In this document: positions 15,682 through 33,345 of the stretch, piece by piece
Layout: each line of letters starts with the position of its first letter
Numbering within the stretch: the first letter of the stretch is position 1
DNA from: the human T2T-CHM13v2.0 reference genome, Homo sapiens
Assembly (NCBI RefSeq): GCF_009914755.1
Contig: NC_060947.1
DNA: 64,000 bases
Strand: one strand, 5' to 3'
Notes under the pieces: model-generated
Seen by the model: only the letters and a program-made list of their open reading frames with translations
What the model was told of the DNA's origin: nothing
The model's database searches: none
Position numbers and translations under genes: made by a program

Positions 15682-16927
15682 TTAATGGTGAGCAATGTTT
15701 AGTGTGTAGAATTCATACACTTTCTATGGTACATGCTATGGTATAATGGTAATAAAGCTCAATTGATTGATGCACCAGGTGTAATATCAAGCGGATTTGA
15801 TTCAAAGGATAAAAGAAAAAAGATTACATGTTCAAGGTGCAGGTTTGGTTATATGAAATGTCTCAGGGCTGAAGACAGCAGTTTAGAATAGAGTTTCGTG
15901 TGACAACCTGCTTGTACTCATGTGGCAGTTAGTCTTGATGATTACCTGTTGCACTACGGGAGGGGCTTGTCATAACACAGTGAAAAGAACAATCTGGCCT
16001 CACTGGTATTTGCCTACTACTGTTTTCTGTTTTATCAAAATAAATAAATTATATTTTAATTCTGAGCTGAAAAGATTTGCTGCACAAAATGACTTCACAT
16101 ACACACACACAACCTTCAATCCACAATGCTTTTATGGCATAATCAGTTGTTCCTTTTCTTGACTTGGATGTCTAGTACTTAACTGGGCAGAAAAATTGAG
16201 TACATATTTAACTCGTTATTGAATTTTTTAATAAGGAGGTGAAACCTTATGCTTATATGCAATGAAACCTTTATGGATTTAAGGCAAATAAAGTCATCAT
16301 GTTTCGCCTTAAAAATTCCTTGGTTTTGAAATATATTCACTTTATGGATTACAACATAATAAAAGCATTTTAAAATGTAACTTTGAATTGATAACTAGTA
16401 ATACAGAGAACTCTTACTGACTAGCATTGTGGTTTTCTTTGCCTATTCTGAAGTGTATTAATTATATTATATGTTATAGTACATATTCTATTAATTGATT
16501 ACATTTTTCATGCACCCCATTTTACCTAAGTACATCTTATGTTATATAAGCACTGTCACTTTCTAGCTGTGATAACGTCACTTCCCTACTCAAAAAGGAA
16601 AAAAAAATCCATTGCCTATAAAATGAAATCAAACTCCTTACCCAAATTCTGATCCTGTCGTGTTTTTGCATCCTCATTTTCCAAGATTGACTTAATATAC
16701 TTTCAGTTCAGATTAATCAATGTGCCTCGCACACACCCAGCAATTACCTGCCTTTGCATGTTTAGCTTGTGCCCTTTACCTGGCATACCTTTGCCTACAC
16801 CTTTGCCCACATTCCAAGAGCAGACTGTGCAAATGCCAGCCATCTGTTAAGATTCAATACACTCACTAATTCATTTCCATCAGCTTGCTTCTTCCATCCT
16901 TGCCTTGTAAGCTGGCAACTAACACCT

Positions 16928-17286
16928 TGTGATGTTTAATTTTATATGTCAGCTGCTGTAGGCACAGTTTTTGGTTAGACACCAGTCTAGATGTTGCCTT
17001 GAATTTATTTTTTAGATATTTTTAACATTTAAATCAGTAGAATTTGAAGAAAGTTGATTACCCTCCATAATGTGGGTGAGTCTCATCTAATCAGTTGAAG
17101 GCCTTATAAGAAAACACTGAGGCTCTCCAAGGAACAAGGAATTCTGCTTCCTCACAGCCACTGGACTTCAGACGGTAGCACAAATTCTTCTCTGGGTCTC
17201 CAGCCTGCCAGTCTGTCTTGCTGATTTCAAACATGCTATATATACTGCTGTTCATCTGTACACACACACAGACACACACACACACA

Positions 17287-17328
<42 letters not shown>

Positions 17329-17362
17329 GTTCATTCTGTTTCTCTGGGAAATGCTGGTTAAT
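16928..17362 (+). mobile_element. MLT2 (ERVL) LTR containing a (CA)n microsatellite at ~17259-17325
   Basis: Starts 'tgtgatgtttaattttatatgtcag', contains 'ccctccataatgtgggtgagtctcatctaatcagttgaaggcctt', ends 'ttctgtttctctggga..taata'. Confidence 0.85.
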
Positions 17363-17705
17363 AAAAATGTACCTGAGACTGTACTGTAATTTGTAAAGGA
17401 AAAAGGTTTAATAGACTCACAGTTCCACATGGCTAAGGAGGTCTCACAATCATGGTGGAAGACAAAGAGGAAGCAGAGGCACGTCTTACATGGTGGCAGA
17501 CAAGAGAGCTTGTGCAGGGGAACACCTATTTATGAAACCATCAGATCTTATGAGACTTATTTACTACCACAAGAACAGTATGGGAGAAACCACCCCCATG
17601 ATTCAACCCATGATTCAATTATCTCCACCTGGCTCCACTCTTGACACATGGGGATTATTACAATTCAAGGTGAGATTTGGATGGGGACACAGCCAAGCCC
17701 TATCA
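17363..17705 (-). mobile_element. THE1 (C/D-like, MaLR) LTR with one terminus missing
   Basis: 'ggtttaatagactcacagttccacatggct..gagatttggatggggacacagccaagccctatca'. Confidence 0.92.
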
Positions 17706-17709
17706 TTTA

Positions 17710-18017
17710 CCCTTGTCCTTCTCTCCTTTCTGCCCATATTCAATTCCCAGTCTCACAGTAGGTCTAAAATGAGTGTCGCTCTCTAAGTGGATGCTCCTCA
17801 CACAGCCCTGACCAGGGCATATCCTTCCATTACATTCTACCAAAGTACCTTGGACCTCCCACTACAGGAAATTCATCATGACTGTAACTTCATATTTGTA
17901 AGATGGTCTTATTAATGCCTGCTTTCTCTATTACACTGTAGGATCTACAAGGGGGGTGGTCCATGTCTGATTTTTTAGAACTGTATCTGCCGTGTAGTAG
18001 GTGCTATATATCTTTAT

Positions 18018-18051
<34 letters not shown>

Positions 18052-18055
18052 CAAT
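17710..18055 (+). mobile_element. L2 3' remnant ending in (GT)n (18020-18050)
   Basis: 'tacactgtaggatctacaag..ccatgtctg..tgtatctgccgtgtagtaggtgct'. Confidence 0.55.
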
Positions 18056-19077
18056 GAACCCTTTATTGGCATATATATTTTATTTCCTTTATAAAACAAT
18101 ATGCTTTATGAGTTCAATATTCATGTCTGATTTATCTCGACTCCCGGTAACATACTGTCTTGTAACACACTGTCTTTTACCAAGTAGGATTGGTTAAGAA
18201 ACATAAAAATTAGAAAGGTAGGCATTCAGTAAATACTTAGTAATGTAAATATTTTAGATCTAAATACTTAAATACTTAGATGAATGGAGGATTAATCACT
18301 TAAGGTTTGACTTGACATTACATTCTGAAGTGGAAGGTGATGTCACACTACTTGTAGAGACGATGATTGAATTATTCATTAAAGGTCATCCTTATGGGGA
18401 ACAAGAACATGTTCGTCAGCCTTCATTCAACTCAACAGTGAAGAGGTTAAGGGCATTCTGAACACACCCACAACAAACCTTAATATTTCCAAATTATTCA
18501 TGAAGATTTCACCCCAAAACATGGAGACAGGAGAGAGGATTTTTCAAGAAGGTAATAGTGGTCAGCAGAGATGAATCCTGCTGAGAAAATACACAAAATA
18601 ACTGGGAAATGTTCTTTAAATTCAGTGAAGTGAAAGATACAGATGACTTTGAGAAGACCTGTATTGGCCTAGGCATGGAACTTGAAATCAGCTTGGGATG
18701 GGAGGTGGAAGGGAGTGCAGGAGGGCCCTGGACTGTATATACAGTTTTTAGTAATGTAGGGGTGAAGAATGAGAATACGTGTTAGTTTGAAAAAGATGAA
18801 GCTCTTTGTGGGGCTTTACTGATGCTTTGGCTTTAATTGGAACCACCACAGTGAGTTTAATTGTTCCTGTGCAGTGAGGGGATAGGGAGCAGGGAGGTTC
18901 TGGCTTATGTACCACTTTGTGACACTGGGGATAATAGGATAGGTTGTCAGAAATATGTCAGAGGAAAGATGTTGAGGTTCACCCTGGGAAATCCATAATC
19001 TTACATAATCTTATGATGTTTTCACAAATGTGAAGAAACATTTTGAAAAGCTATGTGTAAATGTTCTTTATTTTATT

Positions 19078-19112
<35 letters not shown>

Positions 19113-20042
19113 TGCTCACAATGGCCAGGCCACAAGATAAAGCTGACATTTTGGTGAATTAATCAGTGTGTATACCTCTCCAAAGACACCAGCATTTAAA
19201 GCCATGGCCTCAATATGTTTGCTCAGTATGCACAAGCAAGTTTAAGATAATAGGAGAGAAGCAGATACACCTTGGAAATCTCATGAAATCTCTCTGTAAA
19301 TGAAAGGGATGATCTCAAAATATCAAAATATCATTATCATGAAGAAATTGAGTGGATGAGCAGTTAAGCCAGCTGAAAAGCACATGTCAGCAGAAGCTGC
19401 ACAATAAATTGCATATTCGCTGTGTCATCACCTGAAACTGAATTATAAAGCATTGCAGTATTTGCCTCAAGAACAAATGGAGTTGAAATTTTAAAGAAGG
19501 AAATCATAATTGATAAAAGACTATATTGTCACAACTTATTACTGTTTTATTTTTGTGAAAAATCTTTAGAGTCTTACTTTTGCCTACAAATAAATGCCAA
19601 ATATTGAATTCAAATAACTTTAAGATTTATGAAGCTGCTTAATTTCATGCAGTTGTTCCACTCCCTTAGATAATGTCAAAGCACTGTTTTCATCAGAAAG
19701 CTGAGTCTAGCACTTGGATAAAAAAAAGGTAAACAATGTTATAAAGGTGTGAATTTAGAAAGCCCCCATCTGACTTTCTTTCATATTTTTTATCATTTTC
19801 ACTTTCTATCAAAAATAATGCAAAAACATTCTTGAATGATGACTTGTACAAATTTATATTATCTGGAAAATATATTTTCACAAAAATCCTAAGGTCAATG
19901 AAATATTGTTGATAACAAAAATAATTAAAATATCTTTATGATAAAAAATGGGCATGATGCAATAAGAATTATTCATTAGTAGTCATATTCTGGTAGCTAT
20001 GTTTTTATAACAACGTTTATGTAAGTTTCATTTTAATTTAAA

Positions 20043-20207
20043 TTATTTATTTATTTGTTTTGAGATAGGGTGTCACTGTGTCACCCAGGCTGGAGTGCAG
20101 TAGCACGATCATGGCTCACTGCAACTAGGAATTCCTGGGCTCAATCGATCCTCCACGCCTCAGCCTCCCTAGTACCTAGAACTACAGACACAAAACACTG
20201 CACCCAG
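20043..20207 (-). mobile_element. Alu monomer (FRAM/AluJ right arm)
   Basis: 'gagatagggtgtcactgtgtcacccaggctggagtgcagtagcacgatcatggctcactgca..gggctcaatcgatcctcc'; only one arm present. Confidence 0.85.
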
Positions 20208-21025
20208 ATGCACTTTTGAAAATATTAAAATTTTGAAGCATTCCAAAGTCATGCGTAGTATTTATCTTTTCAGGTTATTGTAGTTAACTGAATGTGACAC
20301 AGGGCAAAGGAACTGTCATATCTACTTGAACTTTGATAATTAAAACTCCCAGCTTAAATCAGTAAATGTCCCTCTATAAGTCATCCCAGTTAAGTATAAA
20401 TTCAAACCACTCTGTAAAAACCATAAAGGAAAAGATTAAAATGTCACCTTTTTTAAAATTTTTATGCCAACATATAATTTTATTTTTCAATCCCTCCAAT
20501 CCACCTGTCAATGAGGATTGTCCTAATAGAATGGGTAAAAAGTTGAATGCCCATACCTTTTGAATGTTTGTAAGCTGTTCATATGGTATACATTTTTCAA
20601 TTAAAAATAATGACAAATTCAAACATTTTTATAACACACATGTTTCATTGAAATATTATAGAATTATGCTTCTTTCTGTGAATTGCAGAATGAAATTGAG
20701 TGGCTTGGACTCTAAGAAAATCCTAATGAGTTCATGAGAAGTGATGCAAGACGGAGTAAAATTTAAAATGTTTCAAATTGAACATAGCTACTAATATGCA
20801 TAATCTGTCTACTAGGTATCTATCTGTCTTTCTAGATAGGTAGATAGATGGATGGACAGAGAGAACACTTTACAATTGGAATATTCAGTGGTAGAAAGAG
20901 AATTGGAAAAATATACCTGGTCTCACGAGTGGTGATGTAATACTTCCATGCAAAAGAAAACAAGCCTGATCTATAGCCAGAAGTACAGGGTTAAAGACTC
21001 CAGAAGGTGCTGGAAGAGATAAGGT

Positions 21026-21103
21026 TTTCCTAAGAGTCCACATGATAGCAGATAATAAACCTGATTTCCTGAGGGTCCATGTGATAGCAGGTAATAAACC
21101 TGA
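21026..21103 (+). repeat. 39-bp tandem duplication
   Basis: tttcctaagagtccacatgatagcagataataaacctga / tttcctgagggtccatgtgatagcaggtaataaacctga; 5 transitions. Confidence 0.9.
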
Positions 21104-21421
21104 GGCTGAAGGAGAGGTGAAGAAGCGTAACCTGTGAGCTCCATGCTTCGGCAAACAAGTAGAGAGAAGAGGGAAGCTGGCCAAGGGTGCATTACTCCCT
21201 GACTACAGGAGAAACAAGCACTTCCACATTATGCCTGTGAGTCCTAATGATTATGATCAACACTGAGTGCACAGTCAGAGATTATTGGGCACCTATGACG
21301 GAAAGCCACTATCGTGGGCATCCAGAGACACAGCAAAGAGCACATTGTGTATGGATTTTTGGAACCTTCAGATGGAGAATATAGAATGGATGACTATAAA
21401 ATGCTTAAATAAGTTGAGTCA

Positions 21422-25060
<3,639 letters not shown>

Positions 25061-25099
25061 AATAAATATAAAATAAGATGAAAGAAATACAAGGAAACA

Positions 25100-25282
25100 T
25101 ATCAGCTATCATTCTAAAAGTAAACAGAATGAAATTTTCAAAGGCAAAGGCAATTAACTAGCTTAATGTACTAAGTCCAGCAATGTTTTTTCTACCAAAA
25201 CTATCACATGTAACACCAAATGACAAAGAAAGGCTAAATAGAGGGGCATGGACCAGATTGTATCAGGCAAAGACAAAAAAAC

Positions 25283-25314
<32 letters not shown>

Positions 25315-25640
25315 ACCCAAAAGAATCAATATCAGCTGAAGCAAAACCAAGCTCAAAACGCTATGAAAAACAAGGAAAGAGATTGATGAAATAAAAGTAG
25401 TGTCAAAGTTGATTCAAGAAGTTAAATCCCCGAATAAATCTATAACAATAAAAGAAACAAAGGCTGAATAAGGAACTCTCTTCCAAGCAACTGCATGTCC
25501 AGTGTTAATGAAAAGATAATCTCTATGTATATAACTTCTTCTGGGAAAATAATCAAAGTGACAAAATGTTACATATGAATTATAGAACCATCTCACATAA
25601 AAACAGTCGAGCCATTTCACATATGAACATTTAAATCTTA
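25100..25640 (+). mobile_element. Old L1M ORF2 5' (endonuclease-region) remnant
   Basis: 'attctaaaagtaaacagaatgaa..ttgattcaagaag..ataaatctata' resembles a degenerate L1 EN region. Confidence 0.5.
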
Positions 25641-26829
25641 ACAACCCATTAGTGAACTCAGGCTGCCAAGCCTCCCATGCTCTCAACAATCTTCTACAAA
25701 TCCTGTCTCTCGAGAGAGCCTTGAGGAGTCCCCTAGGCATATCTGTTTTCCTCTCCTTTATGTAATACATGGAAATGCCTGAGCAGGGAACTCCTACGAT
25801 TTATATGCATTCTACAAAATAGAGTAATAAAGAAAGAGAATTGCACAACAAGGGAAGAATGTGTGTTGCAGAATTTCTCTGGGACGTGTCTTCTTGTCAA
25901 AAGAGCATGGGTAGTTGATGTTCACTGATTCTATTGGAGAATATAAATTTTAGTTCTTCAGTGTTAGAAGGATTCTAGCTGCTTAGAGGAATTCGAAGTA
26001 GGTTTCCAGTCTTGCCCATGGAGAGCATATGAATACCTGTTGATGAACGCTGCATAAAACATTCCTGACTTGGGTCCAGGAATACATCAATAGCAGCCTC
26101 CCACCTTCAACAGGGATGTGGAAGTGGCACAGGTACCAGTTCTTAATTCCCAAACATAAAAAGCTTTGGATTGTTTTCTCACTGTGGGTATCCAGATACC
26201 TCAGTCTCAAAACATTGCAGCCTGTCTAGGAAGGGAAGGCATTCCTAATTTTGGTAGGTCCTTAAACCTTCTCATTCCTAAACTATTTCAGGTGAGTAAC
26301 AATTAGAACCAGCAGAAGGGACTGACCTCTCACAGACTTCCCTTTGAATGTCATAAATACCAATCCCTAGTCAGCCCCATATCTACAGACAAGGTATCTG
26401 GAATGCAATCTACCTCACATGACAACTATTGAAAAAATAAGGTGAGAACTTACACATGCAAATGAGTATTTTCCTTCAAACTGGTCCCTGTGAGTGGCGA
26501 CACGGGTATTTCAAAAATGTTATCACAGCCCCAACGAGTGTCAAAACCGTTTTTGTTTGTTTGTTTTAAGTGATATCAGAACTAGTTTATGAGTCACATC
26601 AAGGAAAAGATGACTGATATTCACTGGAAAAATATGTCCCAGACACCACCGAAATACTTTCACATAGAATATACCAGACAAAGTAAATATTATTTTTGTT
26701 TTCTATGAATGAAGAAAATGGGTCCTGAGACTTTAAATAAATTGTCCAAAAATTCAAATAGCAATATTTCAGTTATTCCTTTTCTGTTGGCAAATTCACC
26801 AGGTAAAATCATTTTCTTCAATACCAAAT

Positions 26830-27200
26830 GGACTCACTTACACGTGGAATCTAAAAACATCAAACTCATAGAAGCCAAGAGTGGAAAGGTGGTTGCCAGG
26901 GGCTGGAGGGAGGGAGGTAAGATCAGTGAGATGTTGGCCAAAGGATACAAAATTCAGTTCGACATAAGGAATAAGTTCAAGAGACCTGTTGTACAATATA
27001 TGGTGGCTATAAGTAATACAATGTACCATATACTTAAAATTGATAAAAGTAGATTTTAAGCATTTTCACCACAAACACATGATAAGTATGTGAGGTAATG
27101 CACATGGAATTGACTTCATCTAGCCATTTCACAATGGATACATATTTCCAAACATCATGTCATACACCACAAACTTGTACAATTTCATTTGTCAATAAAT
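26830..27200 (+). mobile_element. L1MA (MA8/9-like) 3' end
   Basis: 'ctcacttacacgtggaatctaaaaa..ggtggttgccaggggctgg..aaaggatacaaaattcagtt..ataagttcaagagacct'. Confidence 0.88.
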
Positions 27201-27379
27201 TTTTTAATTTCTTTTTTTACTGACCTGATTGATGCCAAATTAGCTATGACTCTTTTGTAAATTAAAGATTGCCTTAAAGGATGAAGATTTTCACGGCTTT
27301 AAGAGTCAAAAAGACTATGCCTCATATACTTCAATCATTATATTTTGCATAACCAGATATAACTTATTTAATAGTTATA

Positions 27380-27950
27380 CTGAGAGCAGAAAATGGAGTG
27401 AGTTTATAATCAGGGAAGTCTTTCTAGGGATTATGAATTTTGAGGATGAACAGAATTTATACAGAAGGAGAATGATGGGAACATTATAGTCCAGATTCTA
27501 CATGAACAATTTACTGATCATTCTTAGTTTGGAGTAATTCTTTATGTCTGGACTATATAGAATGTCAGATGTGGATGTAGGAAATGACAACTAAAAGATA
27601 TCTAGGGTCCGTATGTTATTCTGAGCCTGGGACTTACTCACAGGCAATGGGAACCATTGAAGGATACAGGCAAGAGAGCAAGATGTGCAGTTTGATATTT
27701 CAGAAAGATGGTTCTATAGGCAAAACATGTCAACACGATGCAAATGAGAGAGAAAGTGTTGTATTTAAGAAGTGTGTTTAGGAGGCTGTTACATTAATGC
27801 AAGTAGAAGACAATGGAAGTGCAAACTAGGGCTGTGCCTAGTAGGTTGAAAATGGAGAGGAGGGTAGATTTAAGCTATAATAGAATTATCTGGGGAATGG
27901 GTGTGAGAGAACAGAAATGGTGGAGGATGACATTTACCTTTTATACAAAG
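27380..27950 (-). mobile_element. L2 remnant
   Basis: 'caatgggaaccattgaagg..ttaggaggctgttacattaatgcaag'. Confidence 0.6.
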
Positions 27951-28055
27951 TGAAAGAGAAGGTTAAAAAGGTGGGCTTGTAAAAGGTACATGTGAAACAA
28001 TGGAAGTTAGATGTTAAAACCTCTAGTGACTGTAATAAAAGAAAATAGACAAAAT

Positions 28056-28432
28056 GTATTGGTTTTGTATCTTTGAACTTTTAATGAAAACGTAGTCACT
28101 TAGACAACCACCATGTGTTTTCTTATAATTATTTGGATCAACAATTAGGACTGTGCTCACCTGCTGTGGTTCTGTGGATGGCCCCACATAGTGCTGTTAG
28201 GCTGCTAGGCTCACATGTGTTTGGGCCTCTGCTGAGACAGCTGGGACAGGAGCCATATGGGATGGCTGGAGACTTGCTCCATGTGGTCTCTCAAACCCCA
28301 GGAAGCTGGTGTCTGTTCACATAGTGGCAGATGAGTTCCTGGTGTGAGAGGAAGTTGCAAGGGCTGGGAAAATAGGCTCCGTCTATGATAAAGGAGCTGC
28401 AAAGCTGTGTGGCCATTTTGCAATCTGTAACA
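28056..28432 (-). mobile_element. Old MLT1 (MaLR) LTR
   Basis: MLT1H/I/J-like motifs ('gctgagacagctgggaca', 'gtggccattttgcaatctgtaaca'). Confidence 0.6.
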
Positions 28433-29454
28433 GTTCTAAATCTACTAACTGAGAATATTTCGAGGTTGTCGCCAAAAAATGACACTGATGGAGATATCCA
28501 TCATTGGTGTTTTTTTTAACCCACCTAATTCTATTCTATTCTGAGGGAAAAACAAAACAAAACCAAAAACAAGGTTAAAATAATCTCCTTTATTTGGGTC
28601 ATACTGAGACTAAACTATCAAGTTTCCCTAGCCTTACATAGCATAATCATAAAACTAAAGCTATTCTAAGCATATAAAAAAGAAAATCCAAATATAAATT
28701 TTGTACAGATGTACAACATTTTCAACTAAGATAAAGTAAGTTATATGCTCTGGTATAGTTCATCAGTTTGGAAGAATGTCATATTTTGAGCCTTTAAATC
28801 CAAACCAATGGAACAATTGAAAGGAGGCCAACTGAATACCTTGACAAAAACAAGAAACTAACAGCCATTTATCTTTGATGCTTTCAAATCCCTTAAGATT
28901 ACTTATGTTGTTTCAGATTTATTTTGAATCATGAATACCACTTTAAACAAAGCTTAGCACTCACTTTTCAGAAATATTATTCCCTCAAATAGCTTAATAT
29001 ATGGAAATATTTTGTGGGATTCAAACTTTATCCAGTGATAGCACTTGTATTACAATTTTTAATCCAAATTTCACATGCATGTAAGATCCAAATTTCACAT
29101 GCATGTAAAATGACAAGTGATTAAAATTTTTTTTGTTTCCTCCCCAATCAGCAATTTGAAAAAAAAAAATGTGAAAGGTGAAAAAAATATTTATTTTTAT
29201 CAGTGACTAAAAATTACTTTTAAAAAATTTAAAAGAGAGAAACAAACTGCAAAACGCTTTTGTTCTCTTATTATCCCTAGATAGAAGGGTTTGGGGAAAA
29301 AAATGCTGCCTTAAATCATTTATGATTTACTTCTTTCTTTCCACTGTGGAAGATGAAGTAGTTAATCTTCAGCCATGAATGTATTTATTTTCATAATTAT
29401 TGGGCATATAGCATAACTGAATACATTCATATATTCTAAAAACATTAGCAACAA

Positions 29455-30320
29455 TGTGTCAGGCAGAATTCTAGGATCATCTCCAAGATTCCTGCCCTCT
29501 GTTGCACACAAATCTTCTCCTCTCCTAGTTATTCAATCTAGGTGCTGTCGTGAAGGGACTTTGCAGACATAATTGATGTCCCAAATTAGTTGATTTTACG
29601 CCAGGGAAATAGTGTGGGTGGGTCTGACCCAAACAGATGTGCCCTAAACAAGAATGTAAGTCTTCCTGGTGAGAAAAATTGTAAGTGTGAGAGGCCCAAT
29701 GGAGACGGCCACATGGGAAGAACCTGAGAGTAGGCCCTGGAGGCTGAGAGTGGCCCCAAGGTGATGAGCTTCAAGACAACATAAACATATTTCCTAAATA
29801 GATAACAGACACTGGGAAGAGAGAGAAGTGGGAGGATGAAGATAAATGGGATAACAGGTACAAACATACAGTAAGATAGAAGGAATCAATTCAATGTTTG
29901 ATAGCAGAGTAGGATGACTAGACAAAAATTTATTGTGCTCAGGTGATGGGGACTATAGATACCATGATTTGACCACTATGTAGTATGTAGATGTAACAAA
30001 ATTTCTCATGTTCCCCATAAACATGCACAAATAAAAAAATTTAAACGAAAATAAAATAAAACATGGTTCCTACAATTATGAGGAAAAAATATTATGCCAA
30101 CAAGTTGAGAGAGCTTGAGATTACAGCCTTCCCCACTTTAGACATCTGATGAGGACACAGCCCTGGCCAGCATTTTTATTTCAGCGCAATGAAATGCTAG
30201 TCAGAAGACCTACTCATTCCATGCCCTGATTTTTGACTTACAGAAAAACTATGAGTTAATGCATGGGTGTTTTAAGCTGCTAAGTTTGTGATGATTTGAG
30301 GGCTGATAAGAGGGCTACAT
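29455..30320 (+). mobile_element. MLT1E-like LTR interrupted by an L1MA 3' fragment (~29797-30056)
   Basis: 'caggcagaattctaggat..gtgaagggactttgcagacataatt'; insert flanked by imperfect TSD aaacatatttccta / aaacatggttccta. Confidence 0.8.
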
Positions 30321-33300
30321 AAAATCATAGCTGTATGCATCTAAAATTAATCAACTGACTGGGTGTCACTGACTAAGAGCTACCTTAAACTACTAAGTTT
30401 CTAGTGCTTTCTTAGAATTTCTCCATGGTGAAGATATGTCATGGACAGGAAGATTTGTTTCAGAAGAGCAATCTATGAAATACAGTAATAATTCTTTTTC
30501 TGGATTTTCAGGGCTCGCTCTCTCTATATATATATCCTTAGAAATTCTCCTAACTTAAGTCTGCTTCCAAAAGTTAGGCAGGAAGAAAGCTGTGGTGATG
30601 AACAGTGTAGCACTTTTCTATCTATGGGTTTTGGTGTTGGAACTTGAAACCTAGGATACATGTGTACTTTTCATTCTTGATGGTGGTTGACTGCACAGTT
30701 TCCTCATGTGTTCTAGGATTGCTTTAGGACCATTTTACTATCAAGTACAGTTATACAACATTTTGGCATAACATTCAGGATCATTTCCCAATGTCAGGTG
30801 TAGAACAGAACTACCTTGAGGTCAGAGAAACTCTCCTAAAACAACACTTGTGGACTCCTCAGCCAGGGTTGCATTATGTTCTGGCTTCTGAAGAGGAAGG
30901 TACAATTTGCCATATACATGCCCTATCCAGGAAAAAGTAGCAGCTTTGCCCCTGCTGGTCCTGAGAATTCTTTTCTTTCTTTTTCTTTTTCTTTTTTTTT
31001 TTTTTTAGAGCTGGGGATTAGAATCTTTCCCATCAGGTTTTGTTCTTTACATTTTTAGTTTTCCCTACATTCACTCAACTAGAAACCCTTTCAGACTGAA
31101 ATTTAGTTTGAGATCTCAAACTTCCTCTGAGTGCCCAAGAAATCATGTAGGTGTGATAATTTACAATTTCTTGTAACAAAACTCTGCCCTGAGTACTGAA
31201 TGTGCCTTCACTGAACAGGGGTTTAGTCCAGTGCTGCAAAGGATTCAATCTACATTTTACAAAAGACACTTCAGGTACTTTCCAAAATGATTATTTCTTT
31301 AATCTACAAAATCACTGAGGGCTGGTTTGGACTGGGTTACACAGATCCTAAGTGGTAGAGTTGGGATTTACTTCCTGTTTTGTCAGCACCAAAGTTGGAG
31401 TTCTTTCATCCATTGTTTAAGAGGATTTGGCTAATTCTGCATACCAGAGGAAAATCAATGATTAAGTGGAGGTTCAGGAACGTAGTGGTGAGGAGAGGAG
31501 TTTGTTGAGGACGGGTGTGGTAGGTATTACACAATAGGCACTATCATCGGTAAACTCCATTTTCTCTGGTTTGTTAAGGTTCTCTCTATAAACTTTCTGT
31601 TTTCCCCATCTTCCATTCAGTGTACTAAGGGGTAATTGATTGTTCCTACTCCTGTCAGTTCTACTCAGCAGGACACAATATCAAACCCAAGATACAGAAA
31701 TTGGTCTCTGCCTGCATTGGAAACATGGGTGCCTCACTGTCTTATCCCATTTAGTGTCACAAAAAGTTCCCCCCAAAAAACATCATTGATTGCATTTCAG
31801 AAGTCGTATTTCATTGGATAAAACAACTTGTGACCTCCCAAAATAATGAGAAGAAAAATAATAGGAAATTAGAGGAAAAAAAAACATAAAATCTTTTGCA
31901 GATAATTAGGACCATTTATTATATTTTCCTAATTTTTTCTCCATGGGAAAATTATATTTTATTTTAAAGTTAGTTTTTAAAATTTTTCATTGGTTCACAT
32001 TTGTAATGTGAAGGAGCTGGAAAAGGTCACTCTCAATTTTCAGTTTACATAATTTATTCAATTGAACATTTATAAATAGTAACTGATTATGAAAGTACTA
32101 TACTTTTTTTTCTCCTAAAATGTTTTCTCTGGAAATTTTTACTTTCATATTATTTTTCCTAATTTTGTTGTCTTCTTAAAAAAGCTTTAATACCAGCAAA
32201 TATCATTGAAACCATTAACATGATTCCAAAAACAGTAAAATTGAAAGTTGCACTTGCGTTGCCAGGGAGAGTGGGTAGGTAATGAGTAACAAAAAGAAAA
32301 CAAAGGTTTCTATTTACATCAAAGAACACCATATGGGATGACTTCTTCAATCTAATTTTATATGTTTTCTTCATTAAATGCTAAATTGTGCTTTCCAGAC
32401 GCAATTATTTTATGTTCCATTTTAAGTTATACATACTTAATTTCAGGGAGTTTTAAGATTAAACCAAAGCCATAATGTGCTGTTTTTTTTATTACTAATG
32501 ATATTCTATAAGAGTTCCTTATGAAGATATGTGACTCATTGATTTTCATACATTTGAGAAAAATGTGCATAAAATGTACTTTACAGCTATTTCAGGAAGG
32601 TCATGGAAAGCCATGAATATTCCAAAATAAATTTAATTTTTGGATCAATGGGTGTGAGAACCGGTCTTCACATTTAAAAATTATCCCACTGATTGATTGC
32701 AGTTTCCAAAATTTGTAAGGGAATGCATTTTTGACCCTACTGATGAGAAAAGATAAGCTTCCTCTAATCTCCTATGCTAAGGAAAGTAAAATTGACCCTG
32801 TGATTCCTGGATTTGAAAAACAGCATACCAATGTTTTAAGTAAAAATTAATTACAGCATTGTGAATATCAAGTGCCCTGATTTCAACAACAATCAAAATT
32901 TTATTGTGGGAAACTTTGTCTCGCATAATAATTGACTGTAAGGTTCATAGCCAAACTTTACTCTAGAAATACTAGGTCCTGCAATATAATCATCAGCTTA
33001 ATTTTTGCATCTTAATCTACTTTACCTTTATACATTATTGCAGTTCAAATGTACACTCTATGAAAAAGGAATCCTATTAATTTAACATGCTTACATTTAC
33101 TTTCCAAAAAAAGGGAAAAAAGTACACTTAGTAATAATCTGGTGACTCGAGTGGGAAATGTAAATTGATATGTAGTATGCAAGTCTATGTGTGTGTGTGT
33201 TGTGTGATGTATGTGGGCATGTGTATGTGTTTGACACTAAGGTTACAAGTTTGGTAAGGGCCCTCAAAACTCTTCTGAAACAACCAAGTAATAGCATTCC

Positions 33301-33345
33301 TTGATTTCCTAGTTCATAGTCCATAGACTACCTTAAAGATATAGC

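Noticed and set aside
26440-26560. Possible ancient mariner-like (MARNA-type) fragment
   Set aside because: The resemblance is from memory only and too degenerate to support.
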